DNA of 64,000 bases from Octopus vulgaris. Lineage: Eukaryota. Below the pieces are notes generated by a model that ran no database searches, was not told the DNA's origin, and was given only the letters and a program-made list of their open reading frames with translations. The DNA is taken from contig OX597834.1 in the NCBI GenBank assembly GCA_951406725.2, positions 16,802,001-16,866,000 on the forward strand, given 5' to 3'. A program made the position numbers and the translations under genes. This document shows, piece by piece, positions 1 through 13,255 of this stretch (position 1 is the stretch's first letter; every line of letters starts with the position of its first letter).

Positions 1-45
1 CAAGAACAAGCTATAACAATGTGGTAATGGTGTTCTAACAATACA
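1..45 (+). other. 3'UTR-like segment of a further ZNF paralog lying upstream of the window
   Basis: caagaacaagctataacaatgtggtaatggtgttctaacaat matches the sequence downstream of the other ZNF genes (e.g. ~46645-46688, 25650-25693, and inverted at ~9499-9545). Confidence 0.6.
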
Positions 46-176
46 TCGCTCCCTTTCCCACAGCCCTATTATATGGGACAGATACCTAAACCACTTCTGA
101 ATGAAAGAATGCCCTTTCGCTAGCTGCTACAGTCAAACAGGCACCTCGACTACTCTTATGTCATCTGTTCAGCAGG

Positions 177-563
177 ATCTCTTTTACTTGTTTCAGTCAT
201 TTGACTGTGGCCATGCTGGAGCACCGCCTTTAGTTGAGCAACTCGACCCCGGGACTTATTCTTTTGTAAGCCCAGTACTTATTCTATCGGTCTCTTTTGC
301 CGAACCGCTAAGTGACGGGAACGTAAACACACCAGCATCGGTTGTCAAGCAATGTTGGGAGGACAAACACACACATACATATATATATATATACATATAT
401 ACGACAGGCTTATTTTCAGTTTCCGTCTACCAAATCCACTCACAAGGCATTGGTCGGCCCGGAGCTATAGCAGAAGATACTTGCCCAAGATACCACGCAG
501 TGGGACTGAACCCGGAACCATGTGGTTGGTTAGCAAGCTACTTACCACACAGCCACTCCTGCG
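177..563 (-). mobile_element. tRNA-derived CORE-type SINE (family 1), full length
   Basis: Head GCGCAGGAGTGGCTGTGTGGTAAG..GGTTCAGTCCCA, CORE-like ttgggcaagt, internal (TA)n, tail ggcggtgctccagcatggcc..aaacaagtaaaagag; more than 12 copies in the window. Confidence 0.85.
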
Positions 564-777
564 CTTACACTTGTTTACATTTTGTTCTGTCAATCTCACT
601 GACAATATAAAAGGCTGGCACATTGATTTGATTTCCTTGGGATTTGAACTATGTCTATCAGAAAAGTGTTTTATTGTGTTGATTTGAATATAATTCATAC
701 TGTCACTTGTTTATGGCATTAACAATAGATTCTGAAATGAACTGTTGGTGGTGTGTTTGTGAGGGAGAGAAAGAAAT

Positions 778-1125
778 CATTATCATCATTGTTCGACCGT
801 GGTCGAGACAATGGAATTTACCATGCTACGCCAGACTTCACGGCCCATCGTGGCATTACGGAGGTCCTGTTGCTGGATGCCTGTATCCCTGGAGATTACA
901 TCAGGGTAGGAGAGTGTGCCCCCTCTGGTGTTGCGAGTAGATGGCTTCCAGAGGAGAAGAGTAGAAATTGCCTCGTTTTCAGCTCTACAACAATGTCCAG
1001 CAAACTGGACTCTCCTACCTTTCACAAGAGACGACACAGGTAGTAGTTTCCCATACATTTGCATTTTGGTTGGATGACGCTTCCACGAGAGATTTTGAGC
1101 TCTCATAAGGAGGCGAAAGAAAGAA
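778..1125 (-). mobile_element. RTE-clade LINE 3' fragment (ORF2 C-terminus)
   Basis: Translation ..RRVQFAGHCCRAENEAISTLLLWKP..DVISRDTG..WRSMVNSI is typical of the RTE ORF2 end; short (ATG/ATA)n tail. Confidence 0.75.
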
Positions 1126-1524
1126 AGATGGTTGGTGGTAGGAAGAAAGATATACAAAACTAGTAAAAAGAATAAACTACTGCTTGATTTTGATCTGCTG
1201 AAATATTTCTGTGCATTTGACAAGGACATACTTCTGCATACTTCTAAAACTGTACCTATATTGTTTATTATAACATTTATTTCTTTTTAAGTTTATATAA
1301 TTTTTCTGTTATGCTCAGTCACTTTATAATCCCAAAGCATACTGTTATTTTAGAAAGCAGTTACCCAATCATTGTCAAATGTTCCTTCAATGAGTTGGTA
1401 ATCAAAAATTCTTAGAAATTATTGCTTTATTGTGAATACTCATGACTGTTTAACAAACAGTTATGTGTAACTCTGAATAACGGTACTAGGACAAAATCCC
1501 CCTGCAGTCAATTTCCCCTTGGAT

Positions 1525-1710
1525 ATTAGCAGTATTTCATCTGTCTTTAAGTTCTGAGTTCAAATTCCACTCAGGCTGACTTTGCCTTTCATTCTTTCGG
1601 GGGTCGATAAATTAAGTACCAGTTGCGTACTAGGATTGATTTAATCGACTGACCCCCCCCCCCCCAACTCCCTCAAAATTTCGGGCCTTGTGTCCTGAGT
1701 AGAAAAGATT
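1525..1710 (+). mobile_element. Degenerate Meta/MESC-domain SINE (family 2)
   Basis: gactttgcctttcattctttcgggggtcgataaattaagtaccag core, as in the intact copy at 50797. Confidence 0.7.
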
Positions 1711-2050
1711 ATTCTTTCTTTACAATAAAAATATTTTAGGAAAGTTAAATTTTATTAAAAAAATTTTTTAATATTTATTAGTTGATATTTTTGTTTAAAA
1801 TTTGTCTGGTGGGATTTTGTCCTGATTACCCCAAATAACAGCTTGTGAAATTTTTCTGCTTCAATAAAACAGTATAACACTACCTTTGGTATTCAAATAG
1901 TTTTTTCTCCATTATGTTTTGCACCTATGTACCCACATGTATATACAGGAACAACATCGATTTTCCAGAATCTTTGGTTCCATAGCCTTTCTGAAGTCCT
2001 GATTTTTCCTGAATCAGGATGGTCAGCTTGGTCAAAACTACCTATATTAT

Positions 2051-2228
2051 CCCTTTAGCATTTGAGCCGGTCATATCTGGCCCAAATATTCTTTCTGTTT
2101 TATGTTCAAAGCTGATAGGCCCCTACAGTGTCATGCTAAAATACACAACTCTTGAAGCTAGCGTCTGATGCATGATCAATTCGAAACAATGAGGTTAAAT
2201 TTGACAGAATAATCTGAATGCTAAAGGG
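2051..2228. mobile_element. piggyBac-type MITE
   Basis: TIRs ccctttagcatt / aatgctaaaggg, flanked by TTAT and TTAA; homologous to 60666-60898. Confidence 0.75.
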
Positions 2229-2334
2229 TTAAATACTTAAATGAAATACAGGTGCCTGACATTAGCATAAGTTAGTTTGGCGTATAAGCTCTGAGCCATC
2301 AGTGTCAAGAAGGTTGGTGTTGTTCCTGTCTGTC

Positions 2335-2690
2335 ATCATCATCATCGTTTAACATTCACCATCCATGCTGGCATGGGTTGGACAGTTTGATTTTTCACAG
2401 CTGGCACGTAAAAAGCACCAATCAATCGTGGCTGTTGCCAGCCTACCCTGGCACCTAAAAAGCACCATCCATACGTGACCGCCTTGACTGGCTTCCATGC
2501 CGGTGACACGTAAAAAGCACCAACTGATCGTGGCCATTGCCAGCCTCCCCTGGCATGTAAAAAGCACCCACTACAATCATGGAGCAGTTGGCATTAGGAA
2601 GGGCATCCAGCTGTAGAAACACTGCCAGATCAGACTGGAGCCTGGTACAGCCTCCTGGTTCCCAGACCCCGGGCGTTAAACAATGATGAA
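2335..2690. mobile_element. RTE 3'UTR-derived repeat pieces in both orientations
   Basis: (CAT)n tail, ccatgctggcatgggttgg, ~60-bp gcacgtaaaaagcacc minisatellite, ttaggaagggcatccagc. Confidence 0.7.
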
Positions 2691-3564
2691 TGTCATTTCT
2701 AGCACCAAATACCCAGCAGGGTGAACAGTGCTTTTTACTTGACATGAGCACAGGCAAGGTCTTTACAGCTGGATGCTCTTCCAAGCACCAACCACTTTAC
2801 AGTGTGGATTGGATGTTTTTTAGTGGTACCTGCACTGACAGGGTCACCAAGTAACTTGCAAGACAAAAATCTCCAATTTTCCAGAAGGTAGTGCTTGAAA
2901 TGGTCACACTTTAAAAAAACTTCTTTACAACTATTTAACGTACCAGGTCTAGTGTAGTCCTTAAGAATTTTGGCTCTCTTTGCAACGGCCACTCCCATTA
3001 ATATATGGGCCTCGATGATCTATTATTTTCTACCTGATATCACATAGGATTCCTTGATCTTTGAGGTGCCATGGATGGCAGACCAGGGACATGACAAGCT
3101 CTCTTTCTGGGACTCTGAAGGACAACTGATGGTTGCAGAAGCGACATTTGGAAGATGTACTGGCCAATCCCATATATTTACAAACTTGGGATGTGGCTAA
3201 ATTCGCACTCCTAGTATATCTCTGATAGGCTCCAGGCCTGGCAATGCTGTTGGTAACACCATTGCTGATGCAGTTGATATGGTCATAGAGTTACCAATGG
3301 TTTCCCTATCAGGAAATGCTTGTTTCCAATTTGTTTATTTTTCACCAACAAAATGACCAAGACTATATATTTACATACATCGTTAAAGTGGTTATATACT
3401 TCAGGCCAGTGTCAGTGTTCAGTTGTGTGTAATTACCTGTGCAATAATTGGCTTGCTGTGCTAACCTTGGATCATAGTGACCTGTTGTGCTTGAAGAGAC
3501 CTATTGAGTCAAGTACATCAACACCATCAAAATAAAAATCAAATGGAAATTGTAGTTATGATAC

Positions 3565-3878
3565 CCGTGCCGCTTACACGTAAAAAGCACCATCCAAATG
3601 TGGCTGATGCCAGCGCCACCTGACTGGCGTCCACGTCGGTGACACGTAAAAAGCACCAACCGATCATGGCCGTTTGCCAGCCTCCTCTGGCTCCTGTGCC
3701 GGTAGCACGTAAAAAGCACCATGGAGTGGTTGGCATTAGGAAGGGCATCCAGCCATAGAAACACTGCCAGATCAGACTGGTGCCTGGCACAGCCTCCTGG
3801 CTTCCCAGACCCCAGTTGAACCGTCCAACCCATGCTAGCATGGAAAGCGGATGTTAAACAATGATGATGATGATGATT
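3565..3878 (+). mobile_element. 5'-truncated RTE 3'UTR element
   Basis: acgtaaaaagcacc repeats, aagggcatccagcc, ccaacccatgctagcatgg, (GAT)n tail. Confidence 0.75.
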
Positions 3879-5004
3879 ATAATGACTGGTTACATGCCAT
3901 GACCAAGTATATGCTACTCAAATACATAAAAGTACAGACACATATAAGGAGGAGAAGGTTAGTTCAATCCTTGCTACCCAACTCAGGCAAAGCATACAGG
4001 TTAAAGGGTGAAACAATCATGACCATGAGAAACCTATTCATGATAGAGAAGAGTTTCCAGCAATGTAATGTATTCAGAAGAGCTTCCAAAAACCTCTGTG
4101 TGTGGCAAAGCATCTCAAATACAAATTTATTACCAGTTCAAATATGTTTGAGGCATATTCTAACCTGTAAGAGAGCCATTCACTGTATTTTGTAATAGAG
4201 AAGGTCTCTCACTGTAGAGAGGTTGGAGTAAATACACTGAGTCAGTTTGCAGAGCCTTCCCTAACCAGGCTGTTGGATGCATGCATTTCAGAATGGTTAT
4301 CTCCTCTTCTGTAACAGAGAATGGAAAGACTGACAAGAGACACTGTCCCTCTTATGATATTCCCATCATTGTTCAATGCCTGGTTGCACTGTCCAGCTGC
4401 TCACTTTACCTGCAATAAAGGATGACAGTGAAGTGAATAAATGCACATGACCTTGTAGATGGAATTCAATTGGAATTTTCTTCAGGCTGAGTAGCTCAAC
4501 CCACTCAAAAGTCCCTGAAAAGGGTTTGTTTAAGGATGATGAATGAAACATTCTTGTTTCCAGAGGTGAATTATTCAAACCCCAAAGAATTCCTCTCAAC
4601 ATATGGCTATGATGCTCCCCCACTCGCTTGTGATCAGAGAGGCATATATCGTCAGCCACTAAGGGACATGCTCAACTGGTTAAGGTGAAACAGTTGACAA
4701 GCAAATTTGTGGTATTGAGCAGAATATTTGGTGTAGTCCATCTTTTACACTAAGACAAAACATACATGATAACACTTCCAATCATTTAAGATCAGAAGCC
4801 ATGATAGCCATTCTCTGTTACTGCATTAAGGCATTTTATTATTATTAAACACACACACATACATAAACATATACGACGGGCTTCTTTCAGTTTCCGTCTA
4901 CCAAATCCACTCACAAGGCTTTGGTCGGCCCAAGGTGCCACGCAGTGGGACTGAACCCGGAACCACGTGGTTCGTAAGCAAGCTACTTACCACACAGCCA
5001 CTCC

Positions 5005-5491
5005 TTGGCTTATGTTAATGTATAATCCCATTGAGGAAATGTTCAACGAATTGAAATCTTTTGTGAAGCATAATCAATAGAATCATAAAAATGATCTCAA
5101 CAACAGACCAGAAAATTTGCCCATGACAATTCATAGAATGAATATTTTAAAAACAGCAATGGATTTTGCAATGGATTCAACAGCTGCTGTAAATGGTGCA
5201 AGATATGATCAGCATTAAACATTTTTCATCCCAAAAGCATTGAATATGGATTTGTGAAATATTTATGATTACAAGAGTTTTAAAATAAATATAAATTATT
5301 TTAAGTTTAGTTTTTTGTTTATTTTCACTATTCTCATGTTAAGATACTATTTTGTATGTTGGTTTAAACTTATAGATGTCTAATTTTTATATATTTAAGA
5401 TCTAAATTGGCTTTGATATCAAAGGGACAAATTCATTTGAGAAAAAGACAAATTCGTTTGAGAAAGGGACGAATTTAATCAAGAAATACTG
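5005..5491 (+). mobile_element. Tc1/mariner(IS630)-like transposon 3' remnant
   Basis: Reads MYNPIEEMFNELKSFVKH (NPIE catalytic-E motif); three subterminal aaagggacaaatt-like repeats; ends ..TACTG followed by TA. Confidence 0.5.
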
Positions 5492-5751
5492 TAGGATTCA
5501 TGCTCTCTCTCCCAAACATGGCTTACGTCATTTGCTCCCATTGAAATATGTCTGTGGTTGTTTGAGAAGCTTCCGTTTAATTATGTATGGCATGTTCTTG
5601 GACCCCATACTATATCCCTACTCGCCACTATCAGGGCGGAAATGGCTGCAAGTGTGAGCCCTGTGAGTCAGAATTGGCCATTCCAGTGCATCTGAAATTT
5701 TCAACCAATTCACTTCAGATATTGCAAATTATGATTATATTGGAATTTAAT

Positions 5752-6161
5752 ACTCTTTACTCTCTTTACTCTTTTACTTGTTTCAGTCATTTGACAGCAG
5801 CCATGCTGGAGCACCGCCTTCAATCGAGCAACTCAACCCTGGGACTTATTCTTTTGTAAGCCCAGTACTTATTCTATCAGTCTCTTTTGCCGAACCGCTA
5901 AGTAACAGAGACATAAACACACCAGCATCGGTTGTCAAGCAATGCTAGGGGGACAAACACAGACACAGAAACACACACATGCATATATATATATATATAT
6001 ACATATATACGATGGGCTTCTTTCAGTTTCCATCTACCAAATACACTCACAAAGTTTTGGTCGGCCCGAGGCTTTAGTAGAAGACAGGTGCCACGCAGTG
6101 GGACTGAACCCGGAACCATGTGGTTGGTAAACAAGCTACTTACCACACAGCCACTCCTGCG
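5752..6161 (-). mobile_element. CORE-type SINE family 1
   Basis: Near-full-length homology to 177-563. Confidence 0.85.
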
Positions 6162-6532
6162 CTGATGTGAAAAAAAAAATAATAATAATTGGACATGCAC
6201 ACATGTATAGTAACACGTCACTGATATAGCTACAAAATGAAACTTGAAATGTTGAAGACAGTTGTGATGTATGTCAGTATGTATGAATGCACACCCACGT
6301 AGTCTTATTTTTTCCTCGTGTATTTCCCATATGATTTTAATCTACACCATTTGAAAAGTACTCTGTGTGGTAAGAAGTTTGCTTCCCAACCACATGGTTC
6401 CAAGTTCAGTCCCACTGTGTGGCACCTTGAGCAAGTGTCTTCTGCTATAGCCTTGGGCCAACCAAAGCCTTGAGCAGATTTGGTAGACAGAAACTGAATG
6501 AAGCCCATTCTATGTTTATATATACATATATA

Positions 6533-6862
6533 TTCTTTTATTTGTTTCAGCCATTTGACTGTGGCCATGCTGGAGCACTGCCTTTAGTTTAGCAAATCGC
6601 CCCCAGGGCTTATTCTTTGTAAGCCTAGTACTTATTCTAGCTGTCTCTTTTGTTGAACTGCTAAGTTACGGGGACATAAACACACCAGCATCAGTTGTCA
6701 AGCGATGTTGGTGGGGGGACAAATACAGGCACACAAACATATGCATACATATATATATATGACGGGCTTCTTTCAGTTTCCGTCTACCAAATCCACTCAC
6801 AAGGTTTTGGTCGGCTCAAAGCTATAGTAGAAGACACTTACCCAAGGTGCCATGTAGTGGGA
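6533..6862 (-). mobile_element. CORE-type SINE family 1, 5'-truncated; abuts an older plus-strand half copy at ~6365-6525
   Basis: Homology to family 1 body and tail. Confidence 0.75.
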
Positions 6863-6982
6863 TTTCCAGCAAGCTAATGGGTTAAGTGTACACACGTAAA
6901 TTACATATATCAATTGTGGTTCACTCATGGCACTAACTTGATAACTTATAGAAAGGGTAACAAAAAGTATCTAATATCTAAT

Positions 6983-7356
6983 AGGTGCAGGAGTGGTTGT
7001 GTGGTAAGTAGCTTGCTAACCAACCACATGGTTCTGGGTTCAGTCCCACTGTATGACATCTTGAGCAAGTGTCTTCTGCTATAGCCCCGGGCCGACCAAT
7101 GCCTTGTGAGTGGATTTGGTAGACGGAAACTGAAAGAAGCCTGTCGTATATATGTATATGTTTGTCCCCCTAGCATTGCTTGACAACCGATGCTGGTGTG
7201 TTTACGTCCCCGTCACTTAGCGGTTCGGCAAAAGAGACTGATAGAATAAGTACTGGGCTTACAAAAGAATAAGTCCCGGGGTCGATTTGCTCGACTAAAG
7301 GCGGTGCTCCAGCATGGTCACAGTCAAATGACTGAAACAAGTAAAAGAGTAAAAGA
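6983..7356 (+). mobile_element. CORE-type SINE family 1
   Basis: Full head-to-tail homology to other copies. Confidence 0.85.
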
Positions 7357-7892
7357 GAGAGAATAATGTGCTTGAGTGTGTTTTGCAACTGTCATTAAGT
7401 GAAATACTTTAATTTATAATCAGTTGATACACAGGACACAATATGCAGATATATATAAAGAAACACCTACCTACCTGCCCTCCCTACCTTCTCTATTACC
7501 TATTTTTCTTCCTCTCAGAAATACTGCTTTTAATATACTATCACTTGTAGAGCTCTTGTATAAACAATCTATTGGCTATCTGCAGAATAATATTGCTATA
7601 ATATTTGTTTTCTTTTGGCACTAACATTATAACCATCATAGCATTTGTATATTTCTTAAGGAATATTATTTAAACTCAGAGAAAAAAATCGAGAAACAAT
7701 ACTTTCATATGAAAATAAAATAACAAAACAATAATATAATATTTTCAAGTTTATTTATTTGTGGAGGGTACGTAGCTTGGAGGTTATGGTGTTGCAGTGT
7801 GTTCTGGAGCAAAGCTTTTAAAAAACATAACATTACAAATAAATTGGTTACAAGTTGTAAAGCCCGGAAAAATAAAATAAAGAAACCTACAT

Positions 7893-8055
7893 AGGCGCAG
7901 GAGTGGCTGTGTGGTAAGTAGCTTGCCAACCAACCACATGGTTCCGGGTTCAGTCCCACTGTGTGGCATCTTGGGCAAGTGTCTTCTGCTATAGCCCCGG
8001 GCCGACCAATGCCTTGTGAGTGGATTTGGTAGATGGAAACTGAAAGAAGCCTGTC

Positions 8056-8111
<56 letters not shown>

Positions 8112-8369
8112 GTGTATGTGTATATATATATATGTATATATATATATGTGTGTATGTTTGTGTGAGTGTGTTTGTCCCCCTAGCATTGCTTGACAACCGC
8201 TGCTGGTGTGTTTACGTCCCCGTCACTTAGCGGTTCGGCAAAAGAGACCGATAGAATAAGTACTGGGCTTACAAAGAATAAGTCTCGGGGTCGATTTGCT
8301 CGACTAAAGGCAGTGCTCCAGCATGGCCACAGTCAAATGACTGAAACAAATAAAAGAGTAAAAAAAGAG
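7893..8369 (+). mobile_element. CORE-type SINE family 1 with expanded (TA)n/(TG)n at ~8058-8172
   Basis: Full head-to-tail homology; microsatellite visible. Confidence 0.85.
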
Positions 8370-9264
8370 TATATATGTTTCAGTCTTATCACCTAGTTGA
8401 TTGGAAGCTCTGATGGTGTTGGTTTGCTTGCAGCCCACTGTGAAAGTATGTCCATGTTTCAAAACATGCTTTGATGAGTTGCACCATTATTGTAAACAAA
8501 GGGCTCATCCATACAGTGTTGTTTGTTTCAGTTTCTCCATGACAGGCCTGAGTCAAAATGAGTCCTTAAAACAAGAGTCAGTAAATATACATAGCCACTT
8601 GTCTTGAGTACTTTTCTACCATATTAACACTGAAATGTATGTGTTTGTGTGTATATCATAATTATCATTTTAGTGTCTACTTTTCTATGCCTGCATGGGT
8701 CAAACAATTCAGTGATGCAAATTTTCTACAGTCATATACTTTCATGTCACCAATCCTCACCCGTTTTGAAGCAAGGTAACACATCGCTGTGGCCAACCCA
8801 GTTCTTCATGGAAGATGTGAAACAACTGCTATATCTTGTATGACAGGGACACTTCACTTCCAAATATCACATAATGTCAAGACAAGGATACATACACACA
8901 CACACAAGGGAGCTGGATTGCACTAGTTAGAGACTTGGAAGAGAAATACCCATCATATGGGCAGAAAGTTATGCATGGATACACCAGCTAAAGAATGCCA
9001 GCAACATTGACAGGAATAATAGCCTCTCCTGGACATGCAATATATACATTACATCTCATCTGGAAGACTAAGCAATTGCTCACCAAGAACAGGATTGGGG
9101 AATTAAATATTCAATTAATGAAACATATACATCTGATTCAAAACCACGACACTGTAATACAAAAAAATGATTATGCCATGCCAGTGCAGAAGATATCACC
9201 CATAGCATCAGTAGAAGTACAAAAATCAGTAACATCACCAGTTGTAGTTATATATAAAATATAT

Positions 9265-9497
9265 CCGTGCTGGTGGCACGTAAAAAGCACCATCCGATCG
9301 TGGCTGTTGCCAGCCTCGTCTGGCACATAAAAAGCACTCACTACACTCACGGAGTGGTTGGCGTTAGGAAGGGCATCCAGCCATAGAAACATTGCCAGAT
9401 CAGACTGGGCCTGGTGCAGCCTTCTGGCTTCCCAGACCCCAGTTGAACCATCCAACCCATGCTAGCATGGAAAGCGGACGCTAAATGATGATGATGA
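9265..9497 (+). mobile_element. 5'-truncated RTE 3'UTR element in the ZNF-A downstream region
   Basis: Same motifs as 3565-3878; absent from the paralogous region at ~25690-25720. Confidence 0.75.
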
Positions 9498-9717
9498 TAT
9501 TGTTAGAACACCATTATGACATTGTTACAGCTTCTTTCTTATGTCTACAGATATCACAGTGATGTGGCTTTTCTTTCATTTTAATATGTTCGTGTCTTGT
9601 TTAGCCATCACCAACAGAAATTTATTTATAAAATATCAAGTTGATGTGTATTCTATACTGTATAAACAGGTGTGAGGCATGTTCAAGAGAAATAACCGAA
9701 AAATATCTGTGATATGG

Positions 9718-11742
9718 TCACTCTTGTATATGAAGACGTTTGTGTCTAGTTAATTCAAACTTTCTAGAGAATGATTTGCCACAAATATCACAGAGGTACA
9801 GTTTTTCTGCTCTGTGGACATATTTGTGATTAGACAAGGTACTTATCTGAGAGAATGATCTGCCACAAATGTCACAGTGATGTGGCTTCTCACCTGTATG
9901 AGTGCGTTTGTGTAGAGTTAAGTGAACGTTCTGAGAGAAAGATTTCCCACAGATAACACAGAGGTATGGCTTCTCACCTGTATGAGTGCGTTTGTGTATA
10001 GTTAAATATTGTTGAGAAAATGATTTACCGCAGATATCACACTGATACGTCTCCTCAGCTGCAGGATTGGGTTTGTGTATAATTGAAGCTTCACCAGAAG
10101 AGAATGATTCACTATAAATATCATGGACATCCGGTCCCTCTCCTGCATGAATATATTTATGTTTAGTTAAGTATCTATTGGTAGAGAATGCTTTCTCACA
10201 GATGTCACACTGATATGGCTTGTCACCTGTATGAGTGCGTTTGTGTCTGTATAAGTCGTTACTTTGAGAGAAAGATTTTCCACAGATAGCACAATGATAT
10301 GGTCGTTCACCTGTATGAGTGCGTTTGTGTTTGGATAAGTCATTACTTTGAGAGAATGATTTCCCACAAATAACACAGTGATATGTTTTCTCACCAATAT
10401 GAGTGTGTTTGTGTTTAGCTAAATAGCCATTCCTGGAGAAAGACTGACCACAGATGTCACACTGATATGGTTTTTCTCCTGTATGGATACGTTTATGCTT
10501 AGTTAAGGTATGGCTTTTAGAAAATGATTTACCACAGATATCACACTGATATGGTTTTTCCCCTGTATGAATATTTTTGTGCTTAGTTAAGGTACTACCA
10601 TCAGAAAAGGATTTGCCACAAACATGACAGTGATATGGTGTCTCTCCTGTATGAATACGCCTATGTTTATGTAAAGCACTGCCTTCTGAGAAAGACTTGC
10701 CACAGATATCACAATGATATGGCTTTTCTCCTGTATGAACACGCTTATGTTTAATTAAGTCACTGCTTGTAGAGCAAGATTTACCACAGATATCACAGTG
10801 ATATGGCTTTTCCCCTGTATGAATCCGTATGTGCTTATTTAAGTCAACATTTTGACTGAATGATTTGCCACAGATATTACAGCCATAGGGTTTTTCTCCT
10901 GTATGGACATATATGTGTCTCTGTAATTTGCTTTTATCTGGGAAGGATTTACCACAAATCTGACAGTGATACGGTCTCTCCCCTGTGTGGATACTTCTGT
11001 GTTTAGTTAGGGACGATGTGTGAGAGAAGGATTTACCACAGATATCACACGGGTATGGTTTCTGTCCTGCATGAACAGATTTGTGAGTATTCAAAGTATC
11101 ACTTCTAGAAAATGATTTACCACAGATATCACAATAATACGGCTTGTCTCCTGTATGAATACGTGTGTGGGTATTTAAGGCACCAATGTTAAAAAATGAT
11201 TTACCACAGATATCACAGTGATGTGGTTTCTCTCTTGTATGAATATGTTTGTGAGTATTTAAGGTACCTCTTTCAGAGAATGATTTTCCACAGGTACCAC
11301 AGGAGTATGGTTTCTCTCCTGTATGGATACGTTTGTGACTATTTAAGGTACCTCTTTCAGAAAAGGATTTACCACAGATATCACAGTGATGTGGTTTCTC
11401 TCCCGTATGAATACGTTTGTGACTAGTTAAGTTACCACTCGTAGAGAATGATTTACCACAGATATCACAATGAAATGGTTTCTCTCCTGTATGAATACGT
11501 TTGTGAGTATTTAAGTTACTATTTTTAGAGAATGATTTGCCACAGATATCACAATCATATGGTTTCCCTCTGGTATGAATATATTTGGGATCAGTTGGGT
11601 GACGTTTTTGAGAGAATGACTCTGTATACATATCAGAGGAACATGATCCTTCTTTTATCTCTTTCAGCATCTCATCAGGAAAATCGATGCTTTCAGTCTC
11701 TGTTTTAATTTGAATTGGCTTCTCACAGAATTCCTTTTCCAT
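9718..11742 (-). CDS. C2H2 zinc-finger protein ZNF-A (~674 aa, ~21 fingers, no KRAB)
   Basis: Uninterrupted ORF of CxxC-x12-H-x3-H repeats with TGEKPY linkers; ATG at 11742 ([15 protein letters not shown]) aligns with the starts of five paralogs. Confidence 0.93.
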   Translation of the reverse strand: MEKEFCEKPIQIKTETESIDFPDEMLKEIKEGSCSSDMYTESFSQKRHPTDPKYIHTRGKPYDCDICGKSFSKNSNLNTHKRIHTGEKPFHCDICGKSFSTSGNLTSHKRIHTGEKPHHCDICGKSFSERGTLNSHKRIHTGEKPYSCGTCGKSFSERGTLNTHKHIHTREKPHHCDICGKSFFNIGALNTHTRIHTGDKPYYCDICGKSFSRSDTLNTHKSVHAGQKPYPCDICGKSFSHTSSLTKHRSIHTGERPYHCQICGKSFPDKSKLQRHIYVHTGEKPYGCNICGKSFSQNVDLNKHIRIHTGEKPYHCDICGKSCSTSSDLIKHKRVHTGEKPYHCDICGKSFSEGSALHKHRRIHTGETPYHCHVCGKSFSDGSTLTKHKNIHTGEKPYQCDICGKSFSKSHTLTKHKRIHTGEKPYQCDICGQSFSRNGYLAKHKHTHIGEKTYHCVICGKSFSQSNDLSKHKRTHTGERPYHCAICGKSFSQSNDLYRHKRTHTGDKPYQCDICEKAFSTNRYLTKHKYIHAGEGPDVHDIYSESFSSGEASIIHKPNPAAEETYQCDICGKSFSQQYLTIHKRTHTGEKPYLCVICGKSFSQNVHLTLHKRTHTGEKPHHCDICGRSFSQISTLSNHKYVHRAEKLYLCDICGKSFSRKFELTRHKRLHIQE

Positions 11743-12687
11743 AATTATTCCTCCTCGTTTCTTCTTGTATTTTCTTAACAATTATTTCAACTGCTACGAT
11801 TCCATAGAATGTGATCTTTGTTGGTGTCTGAAGATACTGCAATCTCTTGTGAAAACATCTCTGTGTTTAATAACAAAACAACCAACTCGCAAACATATTC
11901 CTGGCAGGGATGTAGAAGAATTTTGCTAATGGTCTCAGGTCACAACAACAATATTTCACATAAATTCCATCACAAATTTATAGAAGCAGGATTATATCTA
12001 TCCTGTGTAACAAATCCTTTTACTTTTTAAATGATAAATATTGATGATACATCTGAGGAAATACCTTTATACCAATGTCATCTGATATTTCTGAAATAAT
12101 AGAGAAACAGTATAAGATACAGGAGATACTTAAAAGTAGATTCAGTGATGGAAAATTCACTACATTTCAATATTGATAAACTGTAAATATTATGAAAAAA
12201 ATGGCATCTGATGGACAAGGCCTACCCTACACGCACACAATGGTAAAATAGAATTTTATTTAATAAAAATATAGTCTCTGCCGAATTCATATTTCAACAA
12301 AATTATATCAAGAGTTATTTCCCCTGCTTATCGTTTATACATATGTATCGAAGAAAAAAATCATTTTGATTCACCCGTCCGCCAGTTCTGAAGATAAAGT
12401 AAAATCATGAGTTCGAAACACTCACCCAATGAGTATTTCTGACAAATTTGGTGAAAATCCATTCAGCCGTTTTCTAGTAATTTTGCAAACACACAAAGAC
12501 GAGCGACTACCATACCTTGCTTTCTCTTAGGTGTGCAAAGTAAACATTGACGTCCAAATTTCAGCTCTAAATATGGATGGATTCTGGTTTTAGCACCCCT
12601 CCTAATCTTTTTATATTTTGGAATCGTTACAAAATTTTGCTAATTTGTGTTCTACACATGTTTTGAAAATTCCCAATAATAAAAAAG

Positions 12688-12860
12688 GGATCTTTTCGGT
12701 TTGAACGGCAGTTTTTTTCTAGCGGTGCCATATGAAATTGTCACCCATAATTATGACCCTAGAATCGATCTATTGCATTTCAATCTCTTTTAGGGATAGG
12801 GTTAGGAGTGCGGTTAGGAGTGGGGGGAAGGGTATCTTTTTTTCTTCACAAATGTAATGA
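12688..12860. mobile_element. Partial MITE (same family as 54414-54821)
   Basis: One TIR ggatcttttcggtttgaacggcagtttt plus internal tagggttagg segment. Confidence 0.6.
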
Positions 12861-13039
12861 ATGTGTATTGCGGGAGAAAAAAAATCAAAAACAAAAACAA
12901 TTGGTAATCAATCGTTTTGAGTCTCAAACTTGTCATCGACCTGTCAAGATTCGTTCTTTAATTTCCGTGTGCGTGACAGAACATGTTGTCAACTGTAAAC
13001 ACATGAAATATTATCACCAATAATACGGATTTTTCGACG

Positions 13040-13074
<35 letters not shown>

Positions 13075-13255
13075 GTGCTATACATACTTCTGTACATATG
13101 TGTGGTACGTAGATAACAAAAGCAACATCGCATTTTAAACTTGAGAAAAGCGTTGCATGTTTATAATGCGCAAGTGATGCATATATGATGGATCTTGTGT
13201 GTCTGCAACTATGAGATCGACGTCGAAAAAACCTCTTTCCAAATGGTACAAATAT

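Noticed and set aside
2890-4340. Possible LINE ORF2 remnants (KCRFC..ESLS-like knuckle on the minus strand; ORF 3851-4195)
   Set aside because: Too degenerate to assign by eye; needs TBLASTX or RepeatMasker.
101-8396. Many 60-170 aa ORFs (e.g. MKECPF.., MLGGQTHT.., ..YQIHSQG..)
   Set aside because: They are translations of family 1 SINE copies and (TA)n tracts, recurring wherever the SINE occurs.
10167-11426. Alternative-frame and antisense ORFs over the ZNF arrays (also 30121, 30481, 44972, 56274)
   Set aside because: By-products of the 84-bp codon-biased repeat; no independent coding signal.
11743-11781. N-terminal extension MLRKYKKKRGGII of ZNF-A
   Set aside because: It starts at a non-ATG codon; paralog alignment places the start at 11742.
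12800-12830. TTAGGG-like telomeric repeats (also 54705-54720)
   Set aside because: Only 2-3 imperfect units, internal to a MITE family.
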